Assembly (NCBI GenBank): GCA_964016885.1
Contig: OZ024756.1
Coordinates: 28,582,001 to 28,646,000, forward strand
From: Eledone cirrhosa
Lineage: Eukaryota
Direction of reading: 5' to 3'
Length of the DNA: 64,000 nucleotides
This document shows positions 58,260 through 64,000 of this stretch, in pieces (positions within the stretch are counted from its first letter, which is position 1; every line of letters begins with the position of its first letter). Both the position numbers and the translations under genes were made by a program. The notes under the pieces are model-generated. The model was given only the letters and a program-made list of their open reading frames with translations, was not told the origin of the DNA and did no database searches.

Positions 58260-58467
58260 CACACACTTTATGTAAAATCTCCATATATATACTCTATGTA
58301 AAACCTTCAAACTTGTATATAATACATACCGTATATATATATATTTTTCTCTCTCTCCTAAGCTATTTCTGTGGTTTTCATAAAATATTTGCATAGTGTT
58401 TAGTTTGTTTGTTGGAGAGAGGGAATATGTATATGCATTATGTATATGTATGTATGTGTGTGTGTGC

Positions 58468-58530
<63 letters not shown>

Positions 58531-58575
58531 CATATATATATGGAGAGGAATATGTATGTATGTATGTGTGTGTGC

Positions 58576-58611
<36 letters not shown>

Positions 58612-58676
58612 ATACATATATATATGGAGAGGAATATGTATGTATGTGTGTCTATATATATATATAAATACATATG

Positions 58677-58714
<38 letters not shown>

Positions 58715-58715
58715 C

Positions 58716-58746
<31 letters not shown>

Positions 58747-58785
58747 AATACATATGTATATATATATATATATATATATAAATAC

Positions 58786-58816
<31 letters not shown>

Positions 58817-58900
58817 AATACATATGTATATATATACATATGCATATGTATATATATATATATATATATATACATATGTATATGTATATATATACATATG

Positions 58901-58956
<56 letters not shown>

Positions 58957-58970
58957 CATATGTATATATA

Positions 58971-59018
<48 letters not shown>

Positions 59019-59022
<4 letters not shown>

Positions 59023-59066
59023 ATTATACTTTGGGAGGGTCATGTTGCCAATAAGTATAACAATAT
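59019..59066. mobile_element. Tiny fold-back footprint of the Penelope family at 12509
   Basis: ttatactttgggagggtcatgttgccaataag followed by inverted agtataacaata. Confidence 0.65.
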
Positions 59067-59280
59067 ACACTTTATTTCACATTGCTCCAGTTTACTCAGC
59101 TGTAGAAATGAGTGGTCATGTAGGTGCCACGGAAAAAAAGCACCCAGCACTCACTGTAAATGAGGTTGGTGTTAGGAAGGGCATCCAGCTGTAGAAATCA
59201 AGCCAGAATCAGTTCCCGTCCCACCCTTGCAAACAGGGAAAAGCGGACGTAAAATGATTATGATGATTATTATGATGATG
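59067..59280 (+). mobile_element. SINE family A, 5'-truncated
   Basis: Central and 3' parts plus (GAT)n-like tail. Confidence 0.8.
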
Positions 59281-59284
59281 TATG

Positions 59285-59363
<79 letters not shown>

Positions 59364-59577
59364 ATATATATATGTATGTATATATATATATGTATGTATA
59401 TATATATATGTATGTATATATATATATGTATGTATATATATATATGTATGTATATATATATATGTATGTATATATATATATGTATGTATATATATATATG
59501 TATGTATATATATATATGTATGTATATATATATATGTATGTATATATATATATGTATGTATATATATATATGTATGT

Positions 59578-59611
<34 letters not shown>

Positions 59612-59721
59612 GTATATGTATGTATGTATATATATGTATGTATGTATGTATATATATGTATGTATGTATATATATGTATGTATGTATATATATGTATGTA
59701 TGTATATATATGTATGTATGT

Positions 59722-59755
<34 letters not shown>

Positions 59756-59796
59756 GTATATATATATATGTATGTATATATATATATGTATATATG

Positions 59797-59827
<31 letters not shown>

Positions 59828-59832
59828 GTATG

Positions 59833-59863
<31 letters not shown>

Positions 59864-59947
59864 GTATGTATATATATATATGTATATATATGTATGTATG
59901 TATGTATATATATATGTATGCATATATATATATGTATGTATGTATGC

Positions 59948-59982
<35 letters not shown>

Positions 59983-59984
59983 TG

Positions 59985-60018
<34 letters not shown>

Positions 60019-60071
60019 TGTATGTATGTATGTATGTATGTATGTATGTATATATGTATGTATATATATAT

Positions 60072-60669
60072 GTTGGTGCTACTGGTAACATGTATCCCAG
60101 TACAACCTGTCTCATGGTCGGGTCGTTGGCGACTAAACTGGCAACCCCACCAAGGTTTCTTGGTGAGGAGGGTGACTTTGGACATCCTGCAGGACTAAAA
60201 ACAAAACCTGTCAAAGGGCAAAGGAGCTCTTAAGAGTCAATGGCCATCCAAAATCACCGGGAGAGATGACCCCTTAGCCTTTGTCAAGGCAGAATTCTAG
60301 GAGAAGGAAAACTCTGATATAACACCTGCAACCCTGATGGTATCCAATGATGTTGACTTGTTCTTCTTTTTGGTAAATATCATCTTGGTTAAGAGAGTGG
60401 GACTGGCTTTGTGCAATGCCTTTGCTCACTATAAAAGCTTCCCGGCACAGGCATTGCTTTATATCTGGAGATCTCTCTGCACTTGTCATCACATGGTACC
60501 ATGGGCCCAGCACTGTGTGTCAATAATTGTCACAGGTGTAGTGTTTGTACCAGAGTTTTCAAGTCGCTGGCTGGACTAAAAAGTCACACTCGTTCAGCGC
60601 ATCGGTAGGGGTTCTCCTACATGGATATAAAGTAGTGGCCGTACTCGAAAACGAGTTGGCAGCCACCAT
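60072..60669 (+). mobile_element. Bipartite RTE-derived element, copy 2
   Basis: Differs from 46454-47050 by only a handful of substitutions. Confidence 0.75.
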
Positions 60670-60788
60670 GTATGTATATATATATATGTATATATATATA
60701 TATGTATGTATATATATATATATGTATGTATATATATATATGTATGTATATATATGTATATGTATATATGTATATGTATATATATATG

Positions 60789-60823
<35 letters not shown>

Positions 60824-61114
60824 GTATGTATATATGTATGTATGTATATATGTATGTATGTATATATGTATGTATGTATATATGTATGTATGTATATATG
60901 TATGTATGTATATATGTATGTATGTATATATGTATGTATGTATATATATGTATGTATGTATATATATATGTATGTATATATGTATGTATATATATATGTA
61001 TGTATATATATATGTATGTATATATATATGTATGTATATATATATGTATGTATATATATATGTATGTATGTGTGTGTGTGTGTATGTATATATATATATA
61101 TATATGTATGTATT

Positions 61115-61197
61115 CACTCGTTCAGTGCATCGGTAGGGGTTTTCCTACATGGATATAAAGTAGTGGCCGTACTCGAAAACGAGTTGGCAGCCACCAT
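61115..61197 (+). mobile_element. 3' 83 bp of the bipartite RTE element
   Basis: Matches 60587-60669 with 2 substitutions. Confidence 0.8.
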
Positions 61198-61232
61198 ATA
61201 TGTATGTATATATATATATATATATATGTATG

Positions 61233-61283
<51 letters not shown>

Positions 61284-61306
61284 GTATGTATATATATATA
61301 TGTATG

Positions 61307-61337
<31 letters not shown>

Positions 61338-61374
61338 GTATATATATATGTATGTATATATGTATGTATATATG

Positions 61375-61409
<35 letters not shown>

Positions 61410-61474
61410 CTATGTATATATGTATATATCTATGTATATATGTATATATGTATGTATATATATATATATGTATG

Positions 61475-61508
<34 letters not shown>

Positions 61509-61545
61509 TATATGTATGTATATATATATATATGTTATATATATG

Positions 61546-61580
<35 letters not shown>

Positions 61581-61865
61581 GTATGTATATATGTATATAT
61601 GTATATATATATATATATGTATGTATATATATATATATATGTATGTATATATATATATATGTATGTATATATGTATATATATATGTATGTATATATGTAT
61701 GTATATATGTATATATATATGTATGTATATATATATATATGTATGTATATATGTATATATGTATATATGTATATATATATATATGTATATATATATGTAT
61801 GTATATATGTATATATATATATATGTATGTATATATGTATATATATATATATGTATGTATATATG

Positions 61866-61904
<39 letters not shown>

Positions 61905-61975
61905 GTGTATGTATATATGTATATATATATATATGTATGTATATATGTATATATATATATATGTATGTATATATG

Positions 61976-62084
<109 letters not shown>

Positions 62085-62089
62085 GTATG

Positions 62090-62148
<59 letters not shown>

Positions 62149-62169
62149 GTATGTATATATATATGTATG

Positions 62170-62200
<31 letters not shown>

Positions 62201-62323
62201 ATATATGTATATGTATGTATGTATGTATATATATGTATATATATATATGTATATATGTATATATATGTATATATATATATGTATATATGTATATGTATAT
62301 ATATATATATGTATATATATGTA

Positions 62324-62959
62324 TACTCTTTTACTCTTTTACCTGTTTCAGCCATCCGGCTGAGGCCATGCTGGGGCACCGCCCTTGCTGCTACACACTT
62401 TATCTCCAGCCTGTATAGGTTGGCCACTGGTGTAGGAGGGAGTTTGTTGCTGCTGCCCTTAGGTTTCCCTCGTGTCTTGCTGTGGGCTCATCCGGGATCC
62501 TGGATAACAAGGTGTCGAGATGTTTCTTAAAGACATCCACCTCCACGTCATGCAAGTCTCGCAGATGCCTCGGCAGCCTGTTGAAGAGTTGAGGGCCCTT
62601 GAATCCCAGGCTATTGCAATACCTGCTCCTTATTCTAGATGTGGAAGACGGGACCTTTGGCACCACACAGTGACGTCCTGTTCGACGGTTGGTCCAGCTC
62701 CCAATGCCAAAGTTTGGTGCTAGTCCCTCCAGGATTTTCCACATGTAGATCACTGCGTATCTCTCCCGTCTTCGCTCCAAGGAGTAGAGGTTCAGTTCCT
62801 TCAGCCTCTCCCAGTAGCTTGTCTCCCTCATCTTGGCAATCCTCTTGGTGTAGCTTCGCTGGATTGCCTCAAGCTCTGTGGTTAGTTTGACACTATGGGG
62901 TGACCACAGCTGGGAGCAGTAGTCCAGGCGGCTTAGGACAAAAGTCCTCCACAGTGTCA
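62324..62959 (-). mobile_element. 3' 636 bp of the CR1-group LINE at 41606-43660
   Basis: Identical C-terminal peptide and tail; one synonymous difference noticed. Confidence 0.93.
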
Positions 62960-63005
62960 GTATATGTATATATATATATATGTATATATATATGTATATA
63001 TATGC

Positions 63006-63047
<42 letters not shown>

Positions 63048-63049
63048 GC

Positions 63050-63176
<127 letters not shown>

Positions 63177-64000
63177 CCTTATACACCACTGGCAGTTTTT
63201 ATCATTGATTGAAAATAGTTTTTATATATATAAAAAAAATAACATTGCCTATGACATCCTCCAAAATACTTCTTCACAGAAGCAGTCCATTTTCCCTAAC
63301 TTATAAAAAGCTTCGAAAATGTAGTCTATTTATAGGAAGACACTCTAGCATCATGTGGTCTTAAGAAATATATTAACCAAATTACAGAACATCTATAGTG
63401 CTGACATGAAGGTGCGTAGTAGCTTAATGGTCAGGGTGTTGTGTTCATGATCTCAATATCTGGATTAGATGTTTTGTTGTGTTCTTGAGCAAGACCTTTC
63501 ATTTCATGTCACTCCAGTCTTTATTCAGCTGCAAATGAGTGCCTCCACCAGCACCACTACCACCACCATCACCATTCTTAGTCACTTCACACCAATAAAA
63601 CCAGGACAAAAGGCAAAGCTGACCTCGGCAGAAGAACTGACCCCAGTACTAGACTGGTACTTTATTTGTCAACCTCAAAAAGATGAATGATGACGAAGTT
63701 GACCTTGGCAGAAGAACCATCCCCAGTATTTGACCGCTACTTTATTTATCAACCTTGATAGGATGAGTAATGCAAAGCAGACTATCATATGATTTGAACT
63801 GAGATTTATGTTAAATCTGAAGGGAACTGATAAGATTGGCATCATCATCTCTCCTTTACTACCCCTCATCTCTCTTTTCCTTTTACTACCCCGCTCCTCT
63901 CTCACTTTCAAAAATTACTTTCAAATAAAACTAATTTGGTATGAATTATATGCCAAAATTTCCAGTATAAAAAACAATACATTTCCTAACCTCATCTTTA

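Overview
This is AT-rich eukaryotic genomic DNA. The repeat landscape (tRNA-derived SINEs, RTE/CR1-group LINEs, Penelope-like elements, multi-kb TA/TATG microsatellites) points to a coleoid cephalopod such as Octopus; that assignment is an inference. The only host coding sequence I can support is three phase-compatible + strand exons of an SNF-related kinase (SNRK) at 48828-48969, 49898-50113 and 57151-57345, so most of the window is probably SNRK intron. Nearly all long ORFs in the track are microsatellite artefacts. Mobile elements include two 5'-truncated CR1-group RT LINEs plus a near-identical 3' copy, RTE 3' ends, a bipartite non-autonomous RTE, a 1.7 kb inverted Penelope (GIY-YIG) insertion, and piggyBac, hAT and Tc1/mariner MITEs, several nested. 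The main result is that hand-folding finds about 14 type I hammerhead-ribozyme motifs (intact, core-variant or partial) from at least five distinct repeat families. They sit mostly in inverted or direct-repeat Penelope/retrozyme-like units, and some show compensatory stem changes. The three best hammerheads on the SNRK sense strand are each preceded by their own antisense copy. All folds and coordinates were read by eye; no searches or computations were run.
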